A stretch of DNA of 64,000 bases. Source: an uncultured Candidatus Saccharibacteria bacterium. GTDB taxonomy: Bacteria; Patescibacteriota; UBA1384; DTJR01. The notes below the pieces were generated by a model. It worked only from the letters and a program-made list of their open reading frames with translations, was not told the DNA's origin and did no database searches. The stretch lies in the NCBI GenBank assembly GCA_964473025.1, contig CAYYMZ010000002.1, positions 3,241 to 67,240 of the forward strand, written 5' to 3'. Below, one piece after another: positions 42,412 to 51,633 of the stretch; within the stretch, counting starts at the first letter, position 1; every line of letters begins with the position of its first letter. The position numbers were made by a program, and so were the translations under genes.

Positions 42412-43150
42412 TTTTGAATATAACCGTTAAAAATCTGATTTTATCATCTTTGGGGGTTCTTCTGGCGCTAAAGAATCTGCCATCTTCAAAAGTGTCGATA
42501 CCGCAATCAACTATATTTTCCGCTTTTATACCTATTTCTTCAAGCTCGGCGCATGTGGCGGCCGTTTGATCAAAATGGATTCTACCTTCGATTTCAGGCA
42601 TAAACCTTGCCCACTTTGTATCTTTTAAACCACTGGTCGTTTCGGGTAACAGATTATAACTTGCAACACGAATATGCGGGCCTAAAAAAACACGTAGGTT
42701 ATTCGGGTCAGAAGCACATTTATTAAGAATATTTAATAAGCTCTCTGACAAAATTCCTCCGACAATACTCTTTCGTCCCGCATGAATGGCTCCGATTAAC
42801 TTTGTTTCGGGATCGTAAATCATTACCGGAACACAGTCAGCGGTTTTCACTGCAAGCGTTAGATTTTCACGCGTTACGATGCCGTCAACGTTTTCGTACA
42901 AGCCCCCATGATCAATAAGAATAATCCTGTTTTCATGAATCTGCGTCATATGACAAAGCGCCGGTTTGGCACCCGTTTTATTTAAAAACTTCTTGGCATT
43001 TTGACGGCCTTCCTCGGTTCCCATAGCCATAATCCCATCAGAAATTTCGCTTGAGAAAATGGATACTCTGGCAAAATCTTGAGGGAGGTTATATTTCATC
43101 GTTTTTATCCTTAACCCTGTATTGTAGTGCCTCGGCAATATGCGCCTCAC
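42401..43150 (-). CDS. pgeF: PgeF/YfiH family (Cu-oxidase_4/DUF152) purine nucleoside phosphorylase-like
   Basis: 'AVKTADCVPVMIYD', 'IHAGRKSIVGGIL'. The true start is probably the internal Met (MKYNLPQ), which avoids the overlap with yifB. Confidence 0.8.
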   Translation of the reverse strand: MRRILPRHYNTGLRIKTMKYNLPQDFARVSIFSSEISDGIMAMGTEEGRQNAKKFLNKTGAKPALCHMTQIHENRIILIDHGGLYENVDGIVTRENLTLAVKTADCVPVMIYDPETKLIGAIHAGRKSIVGGILSESLLNILNKCASDPNNLRVFLGPHIRVASYNLLPETTSGLKDTKWARFMPEIEGRIHFDQTAATCAELEEIGIKAENIVDCGIDTFEDGRFFSARRTPKDDKIRFLTVIFKNEN

Positions 43151-44666
43151 TTATATCTTTGCATTTTTCTAAATCGGCAATAGTGCGGGCAACACGAAGG
43201 GTTTTGACATATGCGCGCATCGAAAGTCCGAGTTGGTCAATTGCACCCTCTAAAAGTTCAGTTGATTTTTGCGAGAGCGGAGCAATTTTTTCCAAATCCT
43301 TTTTACTTAGAAGCGCATTGATCCGTTTAACTTTAAGTGAGGATCGCGAGCGTTTAATTTGAAAATCGCGAGCGGATACAACCCTCTTCCGAACCGTTGC
43401 CGAATCTTCTTCCGGATTTCCTTTTTTGTTTATGCGTCGCAGTGGTAAGCGGGGAATATTAAGATGGATATCGATTCTATCTAGTAACGGTCCGGAAATT
43501 TTGCGGTTATAAGACAAAATTTGGGCCATCGTGCAGGTACATTCGTGTTTTTCATCGTTTAGATAACCACAGTGGCATGGGTTCTTGGCAGCGACTAAAA
43601 TGAAATCGGCGGGGAAGCTGATGGTTGATTGAGCCCGGCTAACCGTCACAAATTTATCTTCAAGTGGCTGGCGCAAGGCCTCTAAAACAGAGCGGGGGAA
43701 TTCGGGAAACTCATCTAAAAACAAAACTCCTTTATGAGCAAGAGACACTTCGCCCGGCTTTGGATACGACCCTCCACCGATCATCGCCACCGCTGAGGTG
43801 GTGTGGTGGGGGCAGCGGAAGGGGCGTTCGTAAACAATCGGGTCTTTTTCAGACAGTAATCCGGCAACAGAATAAATTTTGGTAACATCTAAAATCTCCT
43901 CCTCGTCTAGAGGCGGAAGAATCGAAACAATGCTGCGCGACAGAAGGGTTTTGCCTCCTCCGGGTGGACCCTCAAGCAAAATATTATGTCCACCGGCAGC
44001 GGCTATCTCCAGTGCCCGCTTGGCTTGAGCCATCCCCGTTATATTGGCAAAATCAAAATCACCGAAATCCTGATCGGCTTTTGGCTTGGCACCGGAGGTT
44101 ATTATAAAAGGCCCCACTTCGCCAGGGCTTCGCGGGGCAGGGGATTCGTTATTTTTTTCGATAATCGCCCCAACCAGATCTTTCAAGTTTTTTGCCGGAA
44201 ATATTTTAATTTTTGAAATTAAATTTGCCTCTTCCCTATTCGATTCGGGAATAACGAGAGGGGAGTCGGATTTTTTGGAAAATATTGCTGCTTGAATTAC
44301 ACCCTTCACTCTCCTCACCTCTCCCGACAGCGACAATTCGCCTAAAAATATTGTTTTTTTTATTTTTTCATCATTGATCAGTCCGCCGGCGCAGAGGACA
44401 CCTACCGCGATCGGCAAATCATAAATCGGCCCCTCTTTTTTGACATCGGCCGGTGCTAAATTAACCACAATTTTTTTAGGCGGAAAGTGAAAACCGGAGT
44501 TTTTCAGGGCCAATTTAACCCGCTCTTTTGATTCTTCGACTGCTTTATCGGGCAAACCGACAATCGTCAAAGACGGAATCCCCGCCCCAACATCAACTTC
44601 AACTTCTACTAATTGAGCATCAAGCCCAACCGTAACAATTGAGCGAATTTTAGATAATCGTTCCAT
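43089..44666 (-). CDS. yifB: YifB/ComM-family Mg-chelatase-like AAA+ ATPase
   Basis: N-terminal Lon-like domain, Walker A 'GPPGGGKT', Walker B 'VLFLDEFPEF'. C-terminus 'HIAEALQYR'. Confidence 0.9.
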   Translation of the reverse strand: MERLSKIRSIVTVGLDAQLVEVEVDVGAGIPSLTIVGLPDKAVEESKERVKLALKNSGFHFPPKKIVVNLAPADVKKEGPIYDLPIAVGVLCAGGLINDEKIKKTIFLGELSLSGEVRRVKGVIQAAIFSKKSDSPLVIPESNREEANLISKIKIFPAKNLKDLVGAIIEKNNESPAPRSPGEVGPFIITSGAKPKADQDFGDFDFANITGMAQAKRALEIAAAGGHNILLEGPPGGGKTLLSRSIVSILPPLDEEEILDVTKIYSVAGLLSEKDPIVYERPFRCPHHTTSAVAMIGGGSYPKPGEVSLAHKGVLFLDEFPEFPRSVLEALRQPLEDKFVTVSRAQSTISFPADFILVAAKNPCHCGYLNDEKHECTCTMAQILSYNRKISGPLLDRIDIHLNIPRLPLRRINKKGNPEEDSATVRKRVVSARDFQIKRSRSSLKVKRINALLSKKDLEKIAPLSQKSTELLEGAIDQLGLSMRAYVKTLRVARTIADLEKCKDISEAHIAEALQYRVKDKNDEI

Positions 44667-44739
44667 GAGTTTATTATAGCGGAAAAATCATTACTTAAAC
44701 CATTGAATTTATCAAGCCGTAAAGATATAATGTGGGCAG

Positions 44740-45249
44740 TTGCACCTATCATTCACAGAAGGAAGTGGTAGTATGAGCGGTCGAATTGCCAGGCAGTTAC
44801 TCGTGTCGCACCGCGACGTCAAGGTGATTTTCCGTGAGATCACAGGGAAGAACCCCAGAACAGCCACTGAGCGCATTGTGGTGGATAACGCCACCTTGCT
44901 TCTCGCCAGCGGTCTGGCGAGAACCTTCATCGAGAACTGGGCAGAGCGTAAGCCCAAGGGATACGAAGTCCCGCGAACTTTCTCCGCCGAACTGGATGAG
45001 GCAGCAGTGCAAAATGCCCGTCGGTTCTACCGCAAGACTCTTGGCCGCGATCCCGAAACCTGGGATTGTGGCGTTGTCGAGAATATCTACTACATCCGCA
45101 ACCTTCTCGGCAACGAAGAGGCAAAAGCATACACGCATCGCTGGGATCGCGTGGATGGAGGTAAACCTTGTGGACCGGCACATCAAGAGGAACTGCTCGA
45201 GATCCTCGAAGATCGGGCCAAGGCGCGCCGAATACCCACAGCGCATTAG
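44740..45249 (+). CDS. hypothetical protein in a GC-rich cassette (frame choice uncertain)
   Basis: A -10-like 'tataat' at ~44729 and an SD 'ggaagtgg' lie upstream; the terminator at 45276..45309 lies downstream. Overlapping ORFs exist in other frames and strands, which is typical of GC-rich DNA. Confidence 0.35.
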   Translation: MHLSFTEGSGSMSGRIARQLLVSHRDVKVIFREITGKNPRTATERIVVDNATLLLASGLARTFIENWAERKPKGYEVPRTFSAELDEAAVQNARRFYRKTLGRDPETWDCGVVENIYYIRNLLGNEEAKAYTHRWDRVDGGKPCGPAHQEELLEILEDRAKARRIPTAH

Positions 45250-45275
45250 CGGCACAAGATCCACAGCAGGATCCA

Positions 45276-45309
45276 GGGCGGGAGCAGCTGCTCCCGCCCT
45301 TTCTCTTTA
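45276..45309 (+). terminator. rho-independent terminator of the GC-rich cassette
   Basis: 'gggcgggagcagctgctcccgccc' followed by 'tttctcttt'. Confidence 0.65.
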
Positions 45310-45342
45310 TAAATTATTTATTTTGCGCTATGATTTTCTCTT

Positions 45343-46242
45343 ATGAAAGATAAAAAGATTATTGTAATTGTCGGACCGACTGCTTCGGGCAAAACCGCCC
45401 TGGGAGTTGAAATTGCTAAAAAATTCAACGGTGAAATTATTTCGGCTGACTCGAGACAAGTTTACAAGGGGCTAGATATCGGCACCGGCAAAGATCTCAA
45501 AAAATACGGCGACGTTAAATATTATTTAATTGATACTTGTAATCCGGGCGATAAATTTACGCTTTTTGATTGGTTGGAACTGGCCAGAAAAGAAATTGAT
45601 GAAATTTTGTCTCGGGGAAAAATTCCAGTCATAGTCGGTGGGACGGGTTTGTATGTTAAAGCGCTGGTGGAAGGATATCAGATTGGTGAAAGGTTAAAAG
45701 TGAAAAGTGAAAAGTCAAAGAAACAGTACTCAAGGGAATTTTTGGATAAGCAGAGTGTTGAAAAATTGATCAAGATCTTGAAAAAAATAGATCCTGTTTC
45801 GCTTAAAAAAATTGATCAAAAAAATCCGCGGAGATTGGTGCGGGCAATCGAGATTGCACAGGAAGATACACGGCCGGTCAAAATAAAACCCGATTTTGAG
45901 GTATTGCAAATTGGCATCGATCTCACACGAGCGAAACTTTACGAACAGATTGATATGCGTGTCGATCAACGCTTTAAAGAAGGGATGCTTGAGGAAGTGG
46001 CAGGTCTGATTAAAAACGGCATTGATAAAAAATGGCTCTTATCACTTGGTTTAGAATATAAAATTATCGGACAATACATTATTCAAAAATCAAATAGTTT
46101 TGAGCAGATGGCACAGGAACTAAAATTCAAAAGTCACGCCTATGCCAGACGCCAGCTCACCTGGCTTCGAAAACAACCCGACATTAAATGGGTTAAAAAT
46201 TCAAAGGAAGCACAAAAGGTTGTCAAAGGATTTTTAAAATAG
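45343..46242 (+). CDS. miaA: tRNA dimethylallyltransferase MiaA
   Basis: 'IIVIVGPTASGKTAL', 'ISADSRQVYKGLDIGTGK'. Confidence 0.92.
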   Translation: MKDKKIIVIVGPTASGKTALGVEIAKKFNGEIISADSRQVYKGLDIGTGKDLKKYGDVKYYLIDTCNPGDKFTLFDWLELARKEIDEILSRGKIPVIVGGTGLYVKALVEGYQIGERLKVKSEKSKKQYSREFLDKQSVEKLIKILKKIDPVSLKKIDQKNPRRLVRAIEIAQEDTRPVKIKPDFEVLQIGIDLTRAKLYEQIDMRVDQRFKEGMLEEVAGLIKNGIDKKWLLSLGLEYKIIGQYIIQKSNSFEQMAQELKFKSHAYARRQLTWLRKQPDIKWVKNSKEAQKVVKGFLK

Positions 46243-46278
46243 TATTTTGAGAAAGTAAAATTATTCAGGAGGTGCATT

Positions 46279-48057
46279 TTGTGTGGAATAACAGCTTATA
46301 TTGGGGACAAAAATGGGGCCGAGGTAGTTGTTGACGGATTAAAACGGCTTGAATATCGCGGATATGATTCGTGGGGGCTGGCGGCAAAAGAAGATGGAAA
46401 AATCATTTCTCATAAGCAAGTTGGAAAAATTGGAGGGTTTGAACTTAAAAGAGATTTGCCCAAATTTTCTGGCCCGGTCTGCATCGGACACACGCGCTGG
46501 GCAACTCATGGTGGAGTAACTGAAAAAAATTCTCATCCGCACTTCTCCTGTGATAAAAAAATTGCCGTTGTCCACAATGGCATTATTGAAAACTACCAAG
46601 AACTGCGAGAGGAACTTGAGAAAAAAGGGCACAAGTTTATTTCTCAAACCGATACCGAAGTCATCGCTCATTTAATTGAACAAACTGCAAAAAAAGAGAA
46701 GGGCTTTGTCCAGGCGGTAAGGAAATCGCTCAAACTTCTCGAAGGCAGCTTTGCTCTCGCGATTATTAATCAGGAAAATAATATTTTAATCGGCGCGAGA
46801 TATGGCAGCCCGTTAGTATTTGGGATCGGCAAAAATGAATATTTTTTAGGTTCAGATGTTCCCGCTTTCTTAAAATATACGGATAAAGTAGTTTTTCTGG
46901 ATGAAATGCAACTGGTTGTGGTTGACGATAAGGCAAAATACCAGATATTGGATATTACCTCCGGCAAAAAAATAAATTCCAAAATAACTAAAATCGAGTG
47001 GTCTCTCAATGAAGCGGAAAAGGGCGGTTATCCGCACTTTATGATTAAAGAAATGCTGGAGCAACCGCAGGTAATTGAAAAAACGATGGCCGAGAACGAA
47101 GGTGAGCTTAAGCGCGCTGCGGCATTGATTAAAAAGTCAAAAAGAATTTTCGTGGTTGCCTGCGGCACGGCATTACACGCCGGAATGTACGGAAGTTATC
47201 TCTTGGCCAAGGAAAATAATCTCTTTTTGCAACCAATTTCAGCAGGAGAATTTCCCCACTTCGCCCATCTTTTAAAAAAAGATGATTTGGTGATTACCGT
47301 TTCACAGTCGGGGGAAACAGCCGACGTTTTGGAAGCAGTAAAAAGTGCGCACAACGCAGGAGCAAAAGTACTCTCGCTTGTGAATGTAATGGGATCATCG
47401 TTAATGCGAATGTCTGATTCCTCCATCCTGACCAAAGCAGGGCCGGAGATTTGTGTTCTTTCCACCAAGGCCTACATTTCCCAACAAGCAATGTTTGTTA
47501 TGCTCTCTGCCGCAATGAAAGGAAATTTAAAAGAGGGGAAAAAAGCGCTGGAAATCACCAAGCGCGATATCGAAAAAATTCTCTCCAAAAGCTCACTTCA
47601 AAAAATCAAGAAAATGGCTAAAAAACTGGCCAGGGTTGACAATATTTATGCCTTGGGACGCGGGACTAATTATCCAAATGCGCTTGAGGCCTGCCTTAAA
47701 ATCAAAGAGGTTTCCTACATTCACGCCGAGGGCTTTGCGGGTGGAGATCTGAAACACGGCCCCATCGCCCTGATTGAAAAGGGCGTTCCGGTTTTGGTTT
47801 TTGCCGCCAATGATGAGTCGGAAAGGGAAATTATCTCTAACGCAATGGAAGTTAAGGCGCGCGGGGCAGAAGTAATTGGGATTGCAACGCAAAAAAATCA
47901 GGTCTTCGACGAGTATTTGCCCGTTCAGCCGAATGGATTTTATACCCCGCTTGCTTCGATTGTTTACCCTCAATTGCTTTCTTATTACATTGCTCTCGAG
48001 AAAAAACTTGATCCCGACAAACCGCGAAACCTCGCAAAATCGGTGACCGTAAAATAG
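46279..48057 (+). CDS. glmS: glutamine--fructose-6-phosphate aminotransferase GlmS
   Basis: 'MCGITAYIG' (Ntn Cys), two SIS domains, C-terminus '...KSVTVK'. 592 aa. Confidence 0.95.
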   Translation: MCGITAYIGDKNGAEVVVDGLKRLEYRGYDSWGLAAKEDGKIISHKQVGKIGGFELKRDLPKFSGPVCIGHTRWATHGGVTEKNSHPHFSCDKKIAVVHNGIIENYQELREELEKKGHKFISQTDTEVIAHLIEQTAKKEKGFVQAVRKSLKLLEGSFALAIINQENNILIGARYGSPLVFGIGKNEYFLGSDVPAFLKYTDKVVFLDEMQLVVVDDKAKYQILDITSGKKINSKITKIEWSLNEAEKGGYPHFMIKEMLEQPQVIEKTMAENEGELKRAAALIKKSKRIFVVACGTALHAGMYGSYLLAKENNLFLQPISAGEFPHFAHLLKKDDLVITVSQSGETADVLEAVKSAHNAGAKVLSLVNVMGSSLMRMSDSSILTKAGPEICVLSTKAYISQQAMFVMLSAAMKGNLKEGKKALEITKRDIEKILSKSSLQKIKKMAKKLARVDNIYALGRGTNYPNALEACLKIKEVSYIHAEGFAGGDLKHGPIALIEKGVPVLVFAANDESEREIISNAMEVKARGAEVIGIATQKNQVFDEYLPVQPNGFYTPLASIVYPQLLSYYIALEKKLDPDKPRNLAKSVTVK

Positions 48058-48098
48058 CTTGCGACCTTTTACCTGTGGTATAATAAACTCGGAGGGAA

Positions 48099-48308
48099 AT
48101 GGATAAAGATAAAAATGGCTCAGCTAATACAACTGGTGTTTTTATTTTGGTAGTCGTTGTAGTAGGTATAATCTTGGGCATCGCTGGTTTCTTGTTGGGA
48201 TTTTGGATGAAAGGCGTGTCTTGCGATTCCTCGAAGTGCATTTTACCGATCTCGAATGACGGATCCTTACCACCCGTTCCACCAGAACCAACCAGGCCAA
48301 ATAAGTAG
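48099..48308 (+). CDS. small single-TM protein
   Basis: 69 aa with TM 'VFILVVVVVGIILGIAGFLLGFW'. Immediately upstream of the secreted 389-aa protein. Confidence 0.3.
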   Translation: MDKDKNGSANTTGVFILVVVVVGIILGIAGFLLGFWMKGVSCDSSKCILPISNDGSLPPVPPEPTRPNK

Positions 48309-48314
48309 TTAAAA

Positions 48315-49484
48315 ATGAAAAAATTTTCCAAAATATTCTATTTTGTTTTAATAGCCGCGTCTTTAGTTTTAATCCCATTGGGAGTTGCGCACGCCCAGTA
48401 TTCATTTACTCCAGAGTTAGGGAAGTGGTATTACGTCGGTGGTCCCGATACCTTAAATAAAAACAATCTAATCAGACTTGCCCCCGATACAGGATGGGAA
48501 GGTCCGTGCAGCCTTGGAACAAACAGCGATCATTACCACAATGGCCAAGCCAGCGACCCGAGCAAACCAAACCTCCGCGACAGCAAAATCAGCACTAAGA
48601 ACTCAACTTTTGAATACGCGGTTGTATTTACAAAAAAAATTGATAGTCAGTCCGATATTGACCATTGGGTAAATTTAACAGACCCTATAAGCGAACCGGA
48701 TTATGGACTTTTGAGATGTACTGAAAAAAACGGCGATTTCAGCTGCCAGATTCCTGCGACTGTCAAAGGATTAGTTAAAGAAATGCAATACCTAGACAAC
48801 TGGACAGATTCCAGTACGGGCACAGTTTATGTTGGAACTCACTCCGTTTTAAAAAACATAAAAGACAAACCCGAGTGCGAGTTTTATTACCGTAAAGTCG
48901 CCGATTACTCCTCTTCTCAAGTTGCGCCAGCTGCGCAATCAAATGATTCGGATGCAACACTTGCCCAGACTAATAACCCCAATTCGGTAACCAATTACCC
49001 CGTAGGGAGTTGTGTCGAAAATCCTAAAGGCAGTGGTATCCAATGGCAACAATTGGCTGATGGTAGCTGGGCTCCGTCAGGTGATCCGCTTAATTTCTGC
49101 GAAACAGGTGGGCTGCCTTCAAATTGGCAGGACTCAACCCAATATAACCCGTGGTTGAGGTCAGGGCTTGACTATCAGTTCCCATACACTCAAAACATCG
49201 GTTATTCTCCTTGGGGCACAAACTACCCCGGCGGTTACGGCAACTATCAAGATTATTTTATAAACTGTGTTATAGCTCAAAGCATTGTCTCGCGCCCTGA
49301 ATGCCAGATGTTTCCCCGTATTTCCAATTTTTATCTTAATCCTTATAATTCTAATAACGCCCTAACTGTTGGCGGGGTTCTCAACGGGCAAGTAGTAGCC
49401 GCGCAGATTCCGCTAAGCAAAAAAGTTAGCGAAATCGTTAAAACCGTCGCAATGGGTTGGACTCTAAGCCAACTGTTTAAATAA
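48315..49484 (+). CDS. hypothetical secreted Cys-containing protein
   Basis: Signal peptide 'MKKFSKIFYFVLIAASLVLIPLGVAHA'. No known motifs. Confidence 0.5.
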   Translation: MKKFSKIFYFVLIAASLVLIPLGVAHAQYSFTPELGKWYYVGGPDTLNKNNLIRLAPDTGWEGPCSLGTNSDHYHNGQASDPSKPNLRDSKISTKNSTFEYAVVFTKKIDSQSDIDHWVNLTDPISEPDYGLLRCTEKNGDFSCQIPATVKGLVKEMQYLDNWTDSSTGTVYVGTHSVLKNIKDKPECEFYYRKVADYSSSQVAPAAQSNDSDATLAQTNNPNSVTNYPVGSCVENPKGSGIQWQQLADGSWAPSGDPLNFCETGGLPSNWQDSTQYNPWLRSGLDYQFPYTQNIGYSPWGTNYPGGYGNYQDYFINCVIAQSIVSRPECQMFPRISNFYLNPYNSNNALTVGGVLNGQVVAAQIPLSKKVSEIVKTVAMGWTLSQLFK

Positions 49485-49603
49485 AAAATTCGGCTTATAT
49501 GATTTTGCCGAAGCACCTCGGAAGCGTCGGATGCGCTAAAATATCTTAAAGCGCGTCCGACGACCCGTACGTGCCGAGGTAAATAAGTATAAGCCGAAAA
49601 CAA

Positions 49604-50467
49604 TTAAAGGTCTGCCGTATTTTGGATCAAGGCCATCCACTGGTCGCGGGTTAGCTCTTCCGGCCTCATGTCCAGGTTGATCCCTGATTTTTGGGCCAAA
49701 TCTGCCGCTTTTTCAGGGGGAATTTTGAGCGATGAGAAGAGAGAGTTTTTTATCATTTTCCGTTTTCCGGAAAATGAAAGTTTTATTATTTTTAAAGCAT
49801 ATTTAGCTGAAAAAGGGAGGGGTTTAATATCTTTGAGCTCTATTACCGCGGAATCAACTTCGGGAGCAGGATAGAAAAAATTCTTCGGGACTTTCTCGAT
49901 AATTTTAACCGAGCCGAACAGTTCGAGAAAGGCAGTCAATATCCCCCTGTTAGAATCATGCGGGGCAGCAATAAAACGGTCGGCAACTTCACGCTGCACC
50001 ATCACAACCATCTTGTCAGGAAGTGTTGGACAAACTGTTAATAGCGAAATTATTACTGGTGAAGAAATATTGTAAGGGAGATTGGATATAACCTTAAAAG
50101 GCCCGCCTGCACCAGCTATGCCGGAGGCATTGCGGGCAGGGGATTTAACTTGTAAATTCGGAATCAATAAAAGTGCGTCATCGCAAATTATCTTGAATTT
50201 CTTATTTTTAAACTCCCCTTTTAAATATTCACAAAACTTACGATCTTTTTCGCATAAAATAATTTCACGGGCAGAAGAGGAGGCAAGTCCTTCGGTCAGG
50301 ACGCCCAGCCCCGGCCCAATTTCTAAAATTGTGTCATCTTCACAAATTTCGGCCGTGCGCACCATCGTTTCAACAACCGAAAGGGAGACCAAAAAATGCT
50401 GACCGAGTGATTTTTTGGCTTCGGTCCCATATAAACTCAAGATTTTCTTTATTCGGTCTCGATCCAT
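49604..50467 (-). CDS. rsmA: 16S rRNA (adenine1518/1519-N6)-dimethyltransferase RsmA/KsgA
   Basis: 'LGQHFL', 'ILEIGPGLGVLT', 'VISNLPYNISSP'. Confidence 0.9.
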   Translation of the reverse strand: MDRDRIKKILSLYGTEAKKSLGQHFLVSLSVVETMVRTAEICEDDTILEIGPGLGVLTEGLASSSAREIILCEKDRKFCEYLKGEFKNKKFKIICDDALLLIPNLQVKSPARNASGIAGAGGPFKVISNLPYNISSPVIISLLTVCPTLPDKMVVMVQREVADRFIAAPHDSNRGILTAFLELFGSVKIIEKVPKNFFYPAPEVDSAVIELKDIKPLPFSAKYALKIIKLSFSGKRKMIKNSLFSSLKIPPEKAADLAQKSGINLDMRPEELTRDQWMALIQNTADL

Positions 50468-51438
50468 TATTGTTTCAGTTCCTCAACCAGAACCGATGGC
50501 CCAGCTCCATTGCCGTTAAATCGTAATTCGTCCAAAATACTCCAAGATAAATCAAGTACGACTCCCGAGGGAGCGGAGGCCGTGCCCCAAGTGTAACTTA
50601 CGGTTTTAATAATTGATACCCCGCTCGAGACATTGGTAATGCGAATTAGAGTACCCCTTCTATAATTTGCGCTGACGACTGCATTTGAAAGATTGGTGGC
50701 GGTAGCTACACCTCTAACCGAGCTTAAAACAACGACCCTTGTCCCGTTTTTAATAATTTTTGTCTGTGGTTCTTCTTCGACCGTCCGATTAACCAAGGTC
50801 CTCGAAACCTCCAGACCATTTTCGCGGCGAACCTCATAAGTAATCTTCTTTTTCCCATTTTTGCCCGCCTGCTGGATTACTTGTTTGCCACGCTCCAGCG
50901 TCGGATCGTCTATGGTCTTCGTCTGGTAGGGGAGTGTCTGGAATTCATCAATTTGCGCAACCGACACTCTGGTGATTTTAATTGAATTTGCAAGCGGGGA
51001 CTGACCAACCGGCGGGTCCACCTGATCTTCATTTGCTAAAACAACTCCATTTTCAGCGAGGATGTCCCCTACCGTTTTTTTAAAACTGGAGAAGGTGAGT
51101 GCCTGCTCCCCGTCTTGAACCTTGTAGACCGGTGCAGTAAATATTGCCTGAATACCGCCCAAGCCAAACCTTGGATCGAAGATGTTGACGATTCTTTGCG
51201 AATGATTAAATTGCATTTCACTTGCCCCCTCTTCCCCTGGCATGAGGTACCTGATTTCAGGTATAGGTGAGATTTCATCGGGGGTAAAATCAGCCAGCAC
51301 GATCGCTCGGGAAACCAAAAAATCATTATCGAAGTTTATTTGGCTTGCGGCCTTGGCTACGGTTGACGCGGCGACACATAGAATAAAGCCAACCGTCAAA
51401 ACTAAACCTACCAGAGATATTAAACCCCTCTTGTTCAT
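50467..51438 (-). CDS. DUF348/G5/3D-domain cell-wall protein (YabE/RpfB-like architecture)
   Basis: N-terminal TM. The C-terminal 3D domain ('TASAPSGVVLDLSWSILDEL') has Asp-rich motifs. G5-like middle region. Confidence 0.7.
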   Translation of the reverse strand: MNKRGLISLVGLVLTVGFILCVAASTVAKAASQINFDNDFLVSRAIVLADFTPDEISPIPEIRYLMPGEEGASEMQFNHSQRIVNIFDPRFGLGGIQAIFTAPVYKVQDGEQALTFSSFKKTVGDILAENGVVLANEDQVDPPVGQSPLANSIKITRVSVAQIDEFQTLPYQTKTIDDPTLERGKQVIQQAGKNGKKKITYEVRRENGLEVSRTLVNRTVEEEPQTKIIKNGTRVVVLSSVRGVATATNLSNAVVSANYRRGTLIRITNVSSGVSIIKTVSYTWGTASAPSGVVLDLSWSILDELRFNGNGAGPSVLVEELKQ

Positions 51439-51489
51439 GTATGTTATAAGATATTATATTTGGCTGCTTGATGCAAGTAGTTAAACAGT

Positions 51490-51630
51490 GCGAAGGTGTT
51501 TTGCTTTGAGGCCGTCCGGAGCCCGAATGGGCATGGTTTCTGCCTTAGCAGAAGAATGAGGGCGAGGTTGAGCGCGATTTTCACGCTGGGAAAATCGACG
51601 CGTGCCGAGAAGTAAGGATACCTGAGCAAT
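51490..51630 (-). ncRNA. candidate structured RNA, paralog B (unknown family), directly after the pcrA stop and upstream of the 3D-domain gene
   Basis: Shares 22-nt 'tgttttgctttgaggccgtccg' and '..gcgtgccga.aag.aa.gata.c.gagc.a' blocks with 13775..13925. It carries the compensatory hairpin described for paralog A. Confidence 0.35.
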
Positions 51631-51633
51631 TTT

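Noticed and set aside
44797-45353. Alternative ORFs in the GC-rich cassette (44797..45264 minus, 44834..45346 plus, 44927..45181 minus, 45168..45353 plus)
   Set aside because: The frame cannot be decided from sequence alone. I kept 44740..45249(+) only because the promoter-like -10, the SD and the terminator orientation fit the plus strand. Confidence is low.
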